A stretch of DNA of 36,089 bases from Gemmatimonadaceae bacterium (GCA_044224875.1 JBGAJQ010000055.1:1-36089), one strand, 5' to 3'; shown: positions 18,454 through 28,410, counted from the stretch's first letter. Numbers and translations are program-made. The notes: generated from the sequence alone by a model not told the origin.

Positions 18454-19788
18454 GTGAGTTCCGCGACGGAGGGGCGCGTGCGCGCAGGCCAGACCGGCCA
18501 GGCGCTGACGACGGTGCCGGCCGCCCTCGCCCAGCCACAACCGATCCGTCCCGAGGACGAGGCGGAGCGGCTGGGTCGCTTGAACCGCATGAAGCGGTGG
18601 GCGACCGGCCTCCTGGTCTTTTCCACGATCGTATTTGTGGTAGCGCGCCTCCTGGAGCCGGCCCACCCGTGGCTGGGGTTTGTGCGCGCGACGGCCGAGG
18701 CCGCGATGGTCGGTGGACTCGCCGACTGGTTTGCCGTGACCGCCCTGTTCAAGCACCCGTTAGGCATCCCCATCCCGCACACCGCGATCATCCCGTCCCG
18801 CAAGGACCGCGTCGGCGTGACGCTCGGGCAGTTTGTCCAGCGCAACTTCCTCAACCGAGACGTCGTCGCGCATCGACTGGCGGCACTCCGTCCCGCCGAG
18901 AAGATCGCGCACTGGATGATGGACCCGTCGAGTGGAAGGGCCATCGCCCGCCAGATCGCGAAGGCCCTTTCGGCCGGGGCCAACGTCCTGCGGGATGACG
19001 ACGTGCAAGGCATGATCGGGCACGCATTGTTGGAGCGCGTTCGTCGCACCCACGTCGCGCCCATGCTGGGTCGGATGCTCTCCGTGCTGACCGCTGGCAA
19101 CCGGCACCAGGTGCTCCTCGACGACGCCATTCGACTCGTCGCCAAGGGCATCAGCGAGAATCAGGATCTCATTCGCGAGCGTGTGGAGTCGGAAAGTCCC
19201 TGGTGGGTTCCCGGGGCCATCGACGATCGCATCGCCAAGAAGATCGTCGGCGCGCTCGAGCGGACGATGACGGATGTGCACAACGATCCCAATCATCCCC
19301 TTCGGCAACGCTTCGACCTCGCCTTGGACGAGTTCATCGTGCGCTTGCAGGCCTCCCCCGAAGTCATCCTGAAGGCCGAACAGATCAAGGAAGAAGTATT
19401 GAGCGCCGACGCGGTGCGTGCCTTCTCGGCGTCACTCTGGTCCGATGCCAAGGCCACGATCGCACGGCATGCAGAGGACCCCGACGGCTTCAACCCTGAG
19501 GCCATCCAGCGATCACTCTCCGCCATGGGCGAGGCGCTCCTTGGCGATCCTTTGCTCATGGCCAAGGTGGACGACTGGATCACGGACGCCGTGGTGTCCG
19601 TCGTCAAGCGCTACGAAACCGAGGTGGCGGAACTCATCGCGCACACCGTGCGGCAATGGGATCCCAAGGCCACGTCGTACCGGATTGAGCTGGCGATCGG
19701 CCGCGACCTCCAGTTCATTCGCATCAATGGGACGCTTGTTGGCGGACTGGCCGGGCTGTTCCTCTACACTATACAGCGCTTCTTCTAG
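18454..19788 (+). CDS. DUF445 (YjiN-like) membrane protein
   Basis: EAAMVGGLADWFAVTALFKHPLGIPIPHTAIIP and C-terminal GRDLQFIRINGTLVGGLAG. Confidence 0.9.
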   Translation: MSSATEGRVRAGQTGQALTTVPAALAQPQPIRPEDEAERLGRLNRMKRWATGLLVFSTIVFVVARLLEPAHPWLGFVRATAEAAMVGGLADWFAVTALFKHPLGIPIPHTAIIPSRKDRVGVTLGQFVQRNFLNRDVVAHRLAALRPAEKIAHWMMDPSSGRAIARQIAKALSAGANVLRDDDVQGMIGHALLERVRRTHVAPMLGRMLSVLTAGNRHQVLLDDAIRLVAKGISENQDLIRERVESESPWWVPGAIDDRIAKKIVGALERTMTDVHNDPNHPLRQRFDLALDEFIVRLQASPEVILKAEQIKEEVLSADAVRAFSASLWSDAKATIARHAEDPDGFNPEAIQRSLSAMGEALLGDPLLMAKVDDWITDAVVSVVKRYETEVAELIAHTVRQWDPKATSYRIELAIGRDLQFIRINGTLVGGLAGLFLYTIQRFF

Positions 19789-19818
19789 CCGTTAGGTGCT
19801 CCCCCTTGGCCGTGCGCG

Positions 19819-22284
19819 TCAGGCGTTCATAGTACCGCGCTCGTCTGTCGGTGGGGGCTCCACGGAAAGGGGTGGCCGATTCTCTCCGGCTGTTGGTGGG
19901 AGGTCGGCCGGCGTGCTACTCGCCTTCTCCAGGAGCGCCAGCCGAAACACTTCCTCCATCGTGCTCACGAAGGTGAAGGCCATGTGGGCGCGCACTTCGT
20001 CCGGGATGTCGCGCAGGTCCTTCTGGTTGCCGGCCGGCATGATGACCTCGCGCAACCCGGCGCGATACGCGGCGAGCGTCTTCTCCTTCACGCCGCCGAT
20101 TTCCAGGACGCGCCCGCGCAGGGTGACTTCTCCCGTCATGGCCAGGTCGCGGCGCACCGGCCGCCCGCTGAGTACGCTCGCCACCGCCAGCGTAACGGCC
20201 ACGCCGGCACTCGGTCCGTCCTTCGGAATCGAACCGGCCGGAAAGTGAATATGCAGGTCATGCTCCTTGAAGGAGGTCGACGTGATGCCTAACGACTCGG
20301 CGCGCGACCGGACATAGGAATGGGCGGCATCCACCGACTCGCGCATCACGTCCCCCAGCTGACCGGTCACAGTCATCTTGCCGGAGCCGGACATGCGAAT
20401 GGCCTCGATCGTCATCAGGTCGCCGCCCGTCGACGTCCAGGCCAACCCCGTCACGGCGCCCACCTCGGGCTCCTTCTCCGCCTCTTCGGCCGCATAACGA
20501 GGGGCGCCGAGTATCTCCTCGACCTTTTCATTGTCGATGACCCACGCCCCTTCTTCACCATCGGCCTTCTTCCGCGCGCGCTTGCGCATCAGGGATGCCA
20601 GGTTGCGCTCGAAATTGCGCAGTCCGGCCTCGCGGGAATAGCGACTGGAAATGAACCCCAGCACCTCGTCCGTGAACTGGATGTCCTTGTCGGTGATCCC
20701 GTGTTCCTCCAGCAATCGCGGCAGGAGGTAGCGCCAGGCGATCTCGACCTTCTCCTCCTGGGTGTAGCCCGCGATGCGAATGACCTCCAGACGGTCGCGC
20801 AGTGGGGCGGGGATGTCGAACAGGTTGTTCGCCGTGCAGATGAAGAGCGTGCTCGACAGGTCAAACGGAAGGTTGAGGTAGTGATCGACGAAGTCGTGGT
20901 TCTGCGATGGGTCCAGGACCTCGAGCATGGCCGCGGTCGGGTCCCCGGCGGCGCCCCCGCCCGACATCTTGTCGATCTCGTCGATCATCAGCACGGGATC
21001 TCGCAGCCCCACGCGTCGAAGGGCCTGGATCAGCAATCCGGGCATGGCGCCGACGTACGTGCGACGATGACCGCGAATCTCGGCTTCGTCCCGCACGCCA
21101 CCCACCGCAATACGGTAAAAGGAGCGGCCGATGGACTTGGCGATGGCTTCGCCTAACGAGGTCTTGCCCGTTCCCGGCGGCCCGACAAAGCAGAGAATCG
21201 GACCATGCGGGTCACCGCCACGCAACTTGCGGACGGCCAGGAACTCCACGATGCGTTCCTTGGCCTCGGACAGGCCATAGTGCCGGTTGTCCAGCAGTTC
21301 CTCCACCTTCTTTAGCTCAATCAGGTCATCGCCGGAGCGCTTGTGCCACGGTAGGGACAGGATCCAGTCCAGGTAGGTGCGGATGACCTGGTATTCGCTG
21401 GAGGCTGGCGACAGCATCTTGAGGCGCTCCGTCTCGCGTCGCGCCTCCTGGCCAACGCGTTCGGGGAGCTTGGCGTCGTCGATCTTCTTCAGCAGCTCCA
21501 CGGCTTCCTTCTCGCCGGGGTCCGTTTCGCCTAACTCGGCCTGGATGGCCCGCAATTGCTGCCGCAGGTAGAACTCGCGCTGGTGCTGCTCGATCTTCAC
21601 CTCGGTCTGCTTCTTGACGTCTTCCATCACGCGAGCGCGGGCCACTTCGCGCTCCAACCGCGAGAGGATGAAGCGCAACCTCTGGCCTACATCCAGGCGC
21701 TGCAGTACCTCGTCCTTGTCCGAGATACGGAAGTTCATGTTGGTCGCTGCGAGGTCGGCAAAACGCCCTGGATCCGAGATGTTCATCTTCAGGATCTGCG
21801 GCACCTCGTCCGGAATACGCTCCACCAGGTCGGCGAGCGTTTCGGCAGCTGCAACAATCCGGGCCACCAGATCGTCCAGCTCATTCGGCTCGGCCAGCGA
21901 TTCCTTGGCCGCCCGCACGCCCGCGATGGCGTACGGCTCCACCTGCTCCACCGACTCGATCGTGATGCGACGCAATCCCTGCAAGGTGATCTGGACGGTG
22001 TCGCCCGGCAGGTTGATGCGCTCATGGACGCGTGCCGCAACGCCGACTCGTCCGATGAACTTCTCCGTGTCGATCGCCTCGTCCAAATCGCCGCTGGCGA
22101 CCACCAGCGCGACGATCAATCCAGGCTCCTCGTTGTCGCGAAGGAGGGCCAGGTTCTCCGGCGCGCCCATCTGCACGGCGATCGTACCCAGTGGGTAGAC
22201 GATCGTGGAGCGCAGCGCCATGAGCGGCAGTGTTGGCGGCAACTCCTGGCCGAGGATTTCGTCGCGGCGTTGTGGACGAGGCAT
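19819..22284 (-). CDS. lon: ATP-dependent Lon protease
   Basis: LON N-domain, QREFYLRQQL, GPPGTGKTS, RGHRRTYVGAMPG, DEIDK, KDGPSAG (catalytic Ser), IGGVKEK. Confidence 0.97.
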   Translation of the reverse strand: MPRPQRRDEILGQELPPTLPLMALRSTIVYPLGTIAVQMGAPENLALLRDNEEPGLIVALVVASGDLDEAIDTEKFIGRVGVAARVHERINLPGDTVQITLQGLRRITIESVEQVEPYAIAGVRAAKESLAEPNELDDLVARIVAAAETLADLVERIPDEVPQILKMNISDPGRFADLAATNMNFRISDKDEVLQRLDVGQRLRFILSRLEREVARARVMEDVKKQTEVKIEQHQREFYLRQQLRAIQAELGETDPGEKEAVELLKKIDDAKLPERVGQEARRETERLKMLSPASSEYQVIRTYLDWILSLPWHKRSGDDLIELKKVEELLDNRHYGLSEAKERIVEFLAVRKLRGGDPHGPILCFVGPPGTGKTSLGEAIAKSIGRSFYRIAVGGVRDEAEIRGHRRTYVGAMPGLLIQALRRVGLRDPVLMIDEIDKMSGGGAAGDPTAAMLEVLDPSQNHDFVDHYLNLPFDLSSTLFICTANNLFDIPAPLRDRLEVIRIAGYTQEEKVEIAWRYLLPRLLEEHGITDKDIQFTDEVLGFISSRYSREAGLRNFERNLASLMRKRARKKADGEEGAWVIDNEKVEEILGAPRYAAEEAEKEPEVGAVTGLAWTSTGGDLMTIEAIRMSGSGKMTVTGQLGDVMRESVDAAHSYVRSRAESLGITSTSFKEHDLHIHFPAGSIPKDGPSAGVAVTLAVASVLSGRPVRRDLAMTGEVTLRGRVLEIGGVKEKTLAAYRAGLREVIMPAGNQKDLRDIPDEVRAHMAFTFVSTMEEVFRLALLEKASSTPADLPPTAGENRPPLSVEPPPTDERGTMNA

Positions 22285-22438
22285 CGGGTGGCGAGGCGTC
22301 GGTTGGAGGCGAAAGGGCGAGCGTGACCGCCCAGCTGGCCCTGGGCCAGCGCGAGCAGCCGCAAGAAGATAAGCCTAAGCGTCGTCTCGACCTAGGGGGC
22401 TCGCTCCCCAGTCTCGAGGCTCTGTGCTAGTCGTGGAA

Positions 22439-22750
22439 ATGGCGTACGAGTACACGATCGTCTTCCCGGCGCGCGACAAGCGACAGTCCCCCCAGCGCAC
22501 CCGGCCGACCGCGATCTACCTCGTCCTCGACCGCATGCTGCACTGTGAGAATCTCGTCACCAGGCCGCTCATCCCCGCCGTCTGTTGCCAGCTGCAACAT
22601 GGAGCCGATCGACAGAGACTCATGCTGCAGGGGACAAATCACTGGCCTCAGCGACTGAGCGTGCCGTTATCCCATGCACCGCGTGCCAAGGCAGGGCCAT
22701 TGAGGCCATCGCCGGGCGCCCGCCTAACTTGTAATCAGGATAGCACTTAG
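22439..22750 (+). CDS. Possible small hypothetical protein
   Basis: The first ~50 codons have strong G/C third positions (MAYEYTIVFPARDK...AIYLVLDRMLH). No recognisable family, and the 3' half looks less coding-like. Confidence 0.3.
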   Translation: MAYEYTIVFPARDKRQSPQRTRPTAIYLVLDRMLHCENLVTRPLIPAVCCQLQHGADRQRLMLQGTNHWPQRLSVPLSHAPRAKAGPLRPSPGARLTCNQDST

Positions 22751-22769
22751 CTACGTTTCCCGGTTCGCT

Positions 22770-24107
22770 ATGTTTGACGAACTCTCAGAGAAAATCTCCG
22801 GCGTTTTCGCGAAGCTCCGCGGTCGCGGCGTCCTGACGGACGGCGACATCAAGGAAGGGCTTCGCGAAATCCGTCGCGTCCTGCTGGAAGCGGACGTCTC
22901 GTTCCAACTCACGCGCGAGTTCATGGAGCGCGTCGAGAAAAAGGCAGTGGGCGTCGCCGCCCTTCGCACCGTTCAACCAGCCCAGCAACTCGTCAAAATT
23001 GTGCACGACGAGCTGGCGGGAATGCTCGGTGAACGACGAGAGGCGCTGAAGCTCTCCACCGTGCCGCCGACGATTGTGATGATGGTCGGTCTGCAAGGGT
23101 CGGGAAAGACGACGACCTCTGGGAAACTGGCACGCCGCCTGAAGTCTGAAGGACGCCCGACTCGCCTGGTCGCGGCCGACGTCTACCGCCCAGCCGCCAT
23201 CGACCAGCTGGAAACGTTAGGCACGCAGCTCGACGTGCCGGTCTACGCCGATCGCAGTACCAAGGACGTCGTGCGCATTGCGCGAGCCGGCATCGAGGAC
23301 GCCAAACGGGCGCGCGACCGCGTGGTCATTCTCGACACCGCGGGTCGCCTGCAGATCGACGACGACATGATGAAGGAACTCGTCCGCCTGAAGGAGGCGG
23401 TGCATCCGGACGAAATTCTCCTCGTGGCGGACGGCATGACCGGCCAGGATGCCGTGAAGATCGCCCAAGGCTTCAATGACGCGTTAGGCATCACGGGGGT
23501 CGTCCTGACCAAGATGGACGGTGACGCGCGCGGCGGTGCAGCCCTGTCGATCTATGGCGCGACCAAGAAGCCGATCAAGTACATCGGCGTTGGCGAAAAG
23601 CCGGAAGCACTGGAAGAGTTCTATCCAGAACGCATGGCCGGTCGCATCCTGCAAATGGGCGACGTGTTGTCGCTGGTGGAAAAAGCGCAGGAGGCGTTCG
23701 ATGTGGCCGAGGCCAAGAAACTCGAAAAGAAGGTCAAGAAGGAAGGCGTGGACCTGAACGACTTCCTGACGGCCATGAAGCAAATGCAGAAGCTTGGGCC
23801 GCTGGAAGGCGTCCTGAAAATGCTGCCCGGTGTCAACGCCAAGATGCTGAAGCAGGCGAACCTGGATCCCAAACGGATTCGTCACATCGAGGCGATCGTC
23901 CTTTCCATGACGCCCCAGGAACGCAAAACACCGGGCATCCTGAACGGGTCGCGCCGCGCTCGGGTGGCCAAGGGAAGCGGCCGGCCGATCAGCGAGGTCA
24001 ATCGGCTCCTCGATCAGTTCCGGGACATGCAGAAAATGATGAAAAAAGCCTCTTCCGGAGGCCGTTTTGGCATGCCGCCGGGCCTCTTTGGGGGAGGAAT
24101 GCGTTAG
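22770..24107 (+). CDS. ffh: Signal recognition particle protein Ffh
   Basis: LLEADV, GLQGSGKTT, DVYRPAA, DTAGR, TKMDGDARGG, Met-rich M domain. Confidence 0.98.
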   Translation: MFDELSEKISGVFAKLRGRGVLTDGDIKEGLREIRRVLLEADVSFQLTREFMERVEKKAVGVAALRTVQPAQQLVKIVHDELAGMLGERREALKLSTVPPTIVMMVGLQGSGKTTTSGKLARRLKSEGRPTRLVAADVYRPAAIDQLETLGTQLDVPVYADRSTKDVVRIARAGIEDAKRARDRVVILDTAGRLQIDDDMMKELVRLKEAVHPDEILLVADGMTGQDAVKIAQGFNDALGITGVVLTKMDGDARGGAALSIYGATKKPIKYIGVGEKPEALEEFYPERMAGRILQMGDVLSLVEKAQEAFDVAEAKKLEKKVKKEGVDLNDFLTAMKQMQKLGPLEGVLKMLPGVNAKMLKQANLDPKRIRHIEAIVLSMTPQERKTPGILNGSRRARVAKGSGRPISEVNRLLDQFRDMQKMMKKASSGGRFGMPPGLFGGGMR

Positions 24108-24244
24108 ATTCCTGTCCCCGGTCCGGTCCCCGGACCCCTGTTGCTCCCTGTCCGAACGGGTGCGCCCCGGATGTCCCGGCGGTCGCGATGAGCCCGAGCT
24201 TCACACGCAGCACCGAAGTCCCCACCTAACGAGGAACTGTACCG

Positions 24245-24565
24245 ATGGTCCGCATTCGTCTTCGCCGCATCGGCCGCAAGAAGCAGCCGATCTATCGCAT
24301 CGTCGTCGCTGACTCCAAGAGTCCGCGCGATGGCCGCTTCATCGAGATCGTCGGTCAGTACGCCCCGCGCGGTGGCGCCCAGCAACCGGTGTCATTCAAC
24401 GCCGAGCGCATTGCCCACTGGTTGGACCATGGCGCGCAGCCCTCGGACACGGTGCGATCGATCCTCCGGCGCGCGGGCGTGCTCAAGGCGCGCCACGAGA
24501 CGCGCCTCGCCTCGAAACTGCAAGCCAAGGCCGTTCCGCTCGCCGAAAAGGCTGCCGAGGCATAG
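24245..24565 (+). CDS. rpsP: 30S ribosomal protein S16
   Basis: MVRIRLRRIGRKKQPIYRIVVADSKSPRDGRFIE...GAQPSDTV; GAGGA RBS. Confidence 0.98.
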   Translation: MVRIRLRRIGRKKQPIYRIVVADSKSPRDGRFIEIVGQYAPRGGAQQPVSFNAERIAHWLDHGAQPSDTVRSILRRAGVLKARHETRLASKLQAKAVPLAEKAAEA

Positions 24566-24571
24566 GAGCGA

Positions 24572-25165
24572 ATGGCGCCTGAGACTGGTGCGGAACGGGA
24601 TGCCCCACTCCCAAACGCATCCAGTCCCTCACCGTCGGGTTCCCTCGCCATCGTTGGTTTGATTCGACGGGCCCACGGTATTCGAGGCGAAGTCTCCGTA
24701 CAACTGTTCACTGATTCGCCGGACGCAGTGCTCGCGTCCGGCGGTCGCATATTTGTCGGAGAAACGGTCGGCCCCGAGCCCCCCCCCGACTCCGCTCACC
24801 CGCTTCGCATAGAAGCGTCGGCGCGATTGGGTGACGGCCGCCGCATCTTGCTCGAGGGTATCTCCGACCGGAATGCGGCCGAGCGCCTGAGGGGCCGGTT
24901 TCTTTTCGTTCCCATGGACGAGGTGCCACCGCCCTCACCGGAAGAGGTGTTTCTGCACGATCTGGTCGGGATGCGGGTTGTCACGACCGGCGGAGTGGAG
25001 CTTGGTACCGTGGAGGGATGGTTTGAATTGCCCCAAGGCGTGATGCTTGAGGTTCGCCGCGAGGGCAAGGAACTGCTTGTGCCCTATCAGGAGCACTTCG
25101 TGAACGCCGTGGATGCGATTGACCGCCGAATCGATGTGGAGTTGCCCGAGGGATTCCTGGACTGA
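24572..25165 (+). CDS. rimM: 16S rRNA processing protein RimM
   Basis: AHGIRGEV, DRNAAERLRG, DLVGMRV, LLVPY; conserved position between rpsP and trmD. Confidence 0.93.
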   Translation: MAPETGAERDAPLPNASSPSPSGSLAIVGLIRRAHGIRGEVSVQLFTDSPDAVLASGGRIFVGETVGPEPPPDSAHPLRIEASARLGDGRRILLEGISDRNAAERLRGRFLFVPMDEVPPPSPEEVFLHDLVGMRVVTTGGVELGTVEGWFELPQGVMLEVRREGKELLVPYQEHFVNAVDAIDRRIDVELPEGFLD

Positions 25166-25839
25166 TGCTGCGCATCACTGTGGTCACGATCTTCCCGGAG
25201 TTCTTCGCCGGCCCGCTTTCGCTGAGCATCCCGGCTCGAGCCGCGGCCTCCGGAAGCGTCGAGTATCGGATCGTCGACCTTCGGGACTTCACCCACGATC
25301 GGCATCGCACCGTGGATGACTATCCGTACGGTGGCGGGTCCGGCATGGTGATGAAGCCCGAGCCGTTCTTCGAGGCGGTCGACGCACTGACGCCAAAAGG
25401 CCCGGTCGTCTTGCTATCGCCGCGCGGTGTCACATTTTCGCAGGATCATGCGCGTCGATATGCGGAGGGCGAGGAATTGCTTATCCTCTGCGGGCACTAC
25501 AAGGACGTTGATCAGCGTGTGGCGGACGGTGTGGCCACAGAGGAGGTGTCATTGGGAGACTTCGTGCTCTCTGGAGGCGAGCCGGCCGCGTTGGCTATTA
25601 TCGACGCGACCGTTCGGTTGCTCCCGGGCGCGATGTCGGACCTGGCGAGTGCTCATGGCGACTCGTTCTACGATCGAGAGCTGTCAGCACCGAGCTACAC
25701 GCGGCCTCCCGAGTATCGCGGATTGACGGTGCCGGAAGTCCTCCTGTCTGGAGATCACAAGCGCATTGCGGAATGGCGGAAGACCGAAGGTGAGCGATTG
25801 ACCAGAGAGCGGCGCGGTGGCGCCGGTGCCACCACGTGA
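25165..25839 (+). CDS. trmD: tRNA (guanine37-N1)-methyltransferase
   Basis: TVDDYPYGGGSGMVMKPEP, LSPRG, SLGDFVLSGGE, YTRP, VPEVLLSGDH. Confidence 0.97.
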   Translation: MLRITVVTIFPEFFAGPLSLSIPARAAASGSVEYRIVDLRDFTHDRHRTVDDYPYGGGSGMVMKPEPFFEAVDALTPKGPVVLLSPRGVTFSQDHARRYAEGEELLILCGHYKDVDQRVADGVATEEVSLGDFVLSGGEPAALAIIDATVRLLPGAMSDLASAHGDSFYDRELSAPSYTRPPEYRGLTVPEVLLSGDHKRIAEWRKTEGERLTRERRGGAGATT

Positions 25840-26375
25840 GGTGCCACGTACTGGCTTCTCAGGGCGGAATCGCCTGCCTGGTGCTGGCATGCGCGTCATG
25901 TGCTACGACCGCTGGCCCAAGCCGATCCCGGAGTTCCATCCGCGTGTCTCCGGCAGGAGCCTCGGTGGCGCCCGCGGCACCTGAGCGCGACGACTTTGAA
26001 ATGCCGCTTTCCAAGTCGGATGAATTGGGCCTGGTGCCGAGGCCAGTGCGAGGGACGGTAAGCGTATCGACGCGCAGTGATAACGTGCTGCTGTATTCGC
26101 TTTCGATCGACAACCAGTCGGGAGACTCATACACGCAGGCTCAGCTCGTCCAGGTGCGTAGCGACAGCACCACCGACGTGGTGGCCACGTTATTCTCGGA
26201 CGTGATGATGCGAGGTCGGCGCATTTCGGTTCGTGGCACGGCCTCATTGGTGCGGACGTTGCCGCCGGAGGAACTTCTGGCCCACGTTCGAGAGCATCCC
26301 GGCACCTACCAGGTGCGCGTGCAGGCGGAGCGCCGCGAGGGATTGTTGGTGGGTTTTCTGGGGGTTGCCCGGTAG
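25836..26375 (+). CDS. Putative lipoprotein with a degenerate CHRD-like domain
   Basis: Possible lipobox (LACASC). The pattern LLYSLSI..YTQAQL..DVVATLF..YQVRVQA..GLLVGFL parallels the CHRD consensus. GTG overlaps the trmD stop. Confidence 0.65.
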   Translation: MRCHVLASQGGIACLVLACASCATTAGPSRSRSSIRVSPAGASVAPAAPERDDFEMPLSKSDELGLVPRPVRGTVSVSTRSDNVLLYSLSIDNQSGDSYTQAQLVQVRSDSTTDVVATLFSDVMMRGRRISVRGTASLVRTLPPEELLAHVREHPGTYQVRVQAERREGLLVGFLGVAR

Positions 26376-26481
26376 CGAGCAGGGGCCGGAAAGGGGCTAC
26401 CATGAGGCGGCAGAAGCGTTTACGTTTCGGGTCTCTCTTGGATAAGAAAAATCCGGGCGCTGCCCCAGACCCGACGGCCAT

Positions 26482-26868
26482 ATGCATCCGTTTATCGAGA
26501 CTCAAAAGGAGTGGATGCGCACGAAAATCCCCGCGTTCCGTGCGGGTGACACGCTTCGCGTGAACGTGCGTGTTCGAGAAGGTGACAAGGAACGTCTTCA
26601 GGCGTTCGAAGGGGTGTGCATTGCACGCCGCGGCAGCGGAGTGAGCGCGTCCTTCACCGTTCGGAAGATCTCCAATGGCGTCGGGGTGGAGCGCATTTTC
26701 CCGGTTCACAGCCCGCTGCTCGCCGAGATCACGGTTGTGCGGCGCGGTCGCGTGCGGCGCGCGAAGCTGTTCTACCTGCGCAACCTGACGGGCAAGGCGA
26801 CGCGCATTCGCGAGAAAAAGGCGCGCGTGGCGGTGCCGGTCACCGAGTCGACGGCGTCCGAAGGATAG
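26482..26868 (+). CDS. rplS: 50S ribosomal protein L19
   Basis: [52 protein letters not shown]. Confidence 0.98.
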   Translation: MHPFIETQKEWMRTKIPAFRAGDTLRVNVRVREGDKERLQAFEGVCIARRGSGVSASFTVRKISNGVGVERIFPVHSPLLAEITVVRRGRVRRAKLFYLRNLTGKATRIREKKARVAVPVTESTASEG

Positions 26869-26886
26869 GTTCGAGAGGCAGCGGCC

Positions 26887-27498
26887 GTGCGGTTGAGCCG
26901 CATCGAGCGCGAGCTGCGTGAGCAGTATGGCCCGAACGTCGCGGGCGTTGATGAAGTCGGACGGGGCCCCTTGGCGGGCCCCGTTGTCGCATGCGCCGTC
27001 GTCATGCCCGCCGGGCGTCGCGCCATTGCCGGCGTCGACGATTCCAAGGTCTTGAGTGAGCGGGACCGGGATGCGCTGGCGGAGCGCATACGCACGGCGG
27101 CCGTGGCCATTGGTGTGGGCGCCGCCTCCGTCCGCGAGATCGACACCTACAACATCTACCAGGCGACGTCGCTGGCCATCCGCCGCGCCGTCCGTCGGCT
27201 GCATCAGCCCCCCGCGCACCTGCTCCTTGATGGCCGGCCGATCAAGTCGTTAGGCCTCGAGCACACCGCCGTGGTTGACGGGGACGCCTCGTGCTACGCC
27301 ATTGCCTGCGCGTCCATCGTGGCCAAGGTGACGCGCGATCGGCTCATGCGCGCGCTGGCAGTGCGCTATCCGCGTTATGCGTGGGAGCGAAACGTCGGCT
27401 ACGGGACGCCGGAGCACATTGCGGCGCTGGATGCGTGGGGTGCCACGCCGCATCACCGCACGTCGTTCCGCATCAAGCAGCTGGAGTTGGAATTCTAG
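26887..27498 (+). CDS. rnhB: Ribonuclease HII
   Basis: AGVDEVGRGPLAGPVVA, DDSK, LLDG, ASIVAKVTRD, GYGT, HRTSF. Confidence 0.97.
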   Translation: MRLSRIERELREQYGPNVAGVDEVGRGPLAGPVVACAVVMPAGRRAIAGVDDSKVLSERDRDALAERIRTAAVAIGVGAASVREIDTYNIYQATSLAIRRAVRRLHQPPAHLLLDGRPIKSLGLEHTAVVDGDASCYAIACASIVAKVTRDRLMRALAVRYPRYAWERNVGYGTPEHIAALDAWGATPHHRTSFRIKQLELEF

Positions 27499-27716
27499 GT
27501 CGCGGCGCGCAGAAGAACTCCGCGCACCACGGGCATTGCCGCGATGGCGCCGTAGCAGTAGCGCCCATGCCAAAACATACCGGCGAGAGTGTGATGACGG
27601 TCACTCGTTCGTGATTCACTGGTGCATATACTTGTCGTGCGCGGAGAACCGTGGGACAAAATGTCCTTAATCCGCTGAGGGAATATTCAAACAACACTCA
27701 TTCGTGGAGTGAAGTC

Positions 27717-28376
27717 ATGAGCAGGCTTAGAATGCTTTCGACGTTAGCCCTCGGGGCCTCGACACTGTCAGCGTGCGCGACCAAGGGCTTTGTTCGTCAG
27801 CAGGTCGAGACGGGCGTCGCCACCGAGCGTACCGCGCGTATGGCCGGTGACAGCAGCTTGAATGGCAGCATGACGCAGCAGTTCACCGCCGTCAACGGGC
27901 AGATCGAGACGTTGAAGACGGATGTGCAGTCGCTGCGCCGCGACCTCACCTCGCTTCGCGAGGAGTTTGGCGCGAAGATCACGGCGATGGAAAACGGCAT
28001 GAAGTTCGCCATGCCCGTGACGTTTGCATATGACGATGCCGGTGTGCGCGATGCCGATCGCCCGCTCCTGGATCGCTTCGCTCAGATCGTGAACAAGTAC
28101 TACGGCGGTTCGATGGTCACGGTGGAAGGGTTCGCCGATCCGTCAGGCTCAACCCGCTACAACGTCGACCTCTCCAAGCGTCGTGCCGATAACGTGGCCG
28201 CCTATCTCTCGCAGGCCGGCTTGACCGGCGTGTCGATGAAGACCGTCGGTTACGGCGAGGATCGTCAGGTGGCGCCGGGCGCCGAGAAGGACATGCCGGG
28301 CGCGCAGGCCAACCGTCGGGTCGTGTTCGTCGTCGAGACGGCGCCCGCGGGTAGCACCGTTTCCAGCACGCAGTAG
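27717..28376 (+). CDS. OmpA-family peptidoglycan-binding lipoprotein with an N-terminal coiled coil
   Basis: Lipobox LSAC, heptad segment, then VEGFADPSG...LSKRRA...GYGE...NRRV. GGAG RBS before ATG 27717. Confidence 0.9.
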   Translation: MSRLRMLSTLALGASTLSACATKGFVRQQVETGVATERTARMAGDSSLNGSMTQQFTAVNGQIETLKTDVQSLRRDLTSLREEFGAKITAMENGMKFAMPVTFAYDDAGVRDADRPLLDRFAQIVNKYYGGSMVTVEGFADPSGSTRYNVDLSKRRADNVAAYLSQAGLTGVSMKTVGYGEDRQVAPGAEKDMPGAQANRRVVFVVETAPAGSTVSSTQ

Positions 28377-28410
28377 TTCCGGAGCTTGTGCCGCCTCTCG
28401 GGGCGGTTCG

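Noticed and set aside
22321..22430. Possible SRP (4.5S) RNA near ffh
   Set aside because: An AGCAGCC is present, but the conserved CAGG-GNRA-AGCAG helix-8 arrangement cannot be formed here or in the ffh-rpsP gap.
24120..24136. Hairpin after ffh as a terminator
   Set aside because: The stem GGTCCGG/CCGGACC is present but lacks a convincing U-tract.
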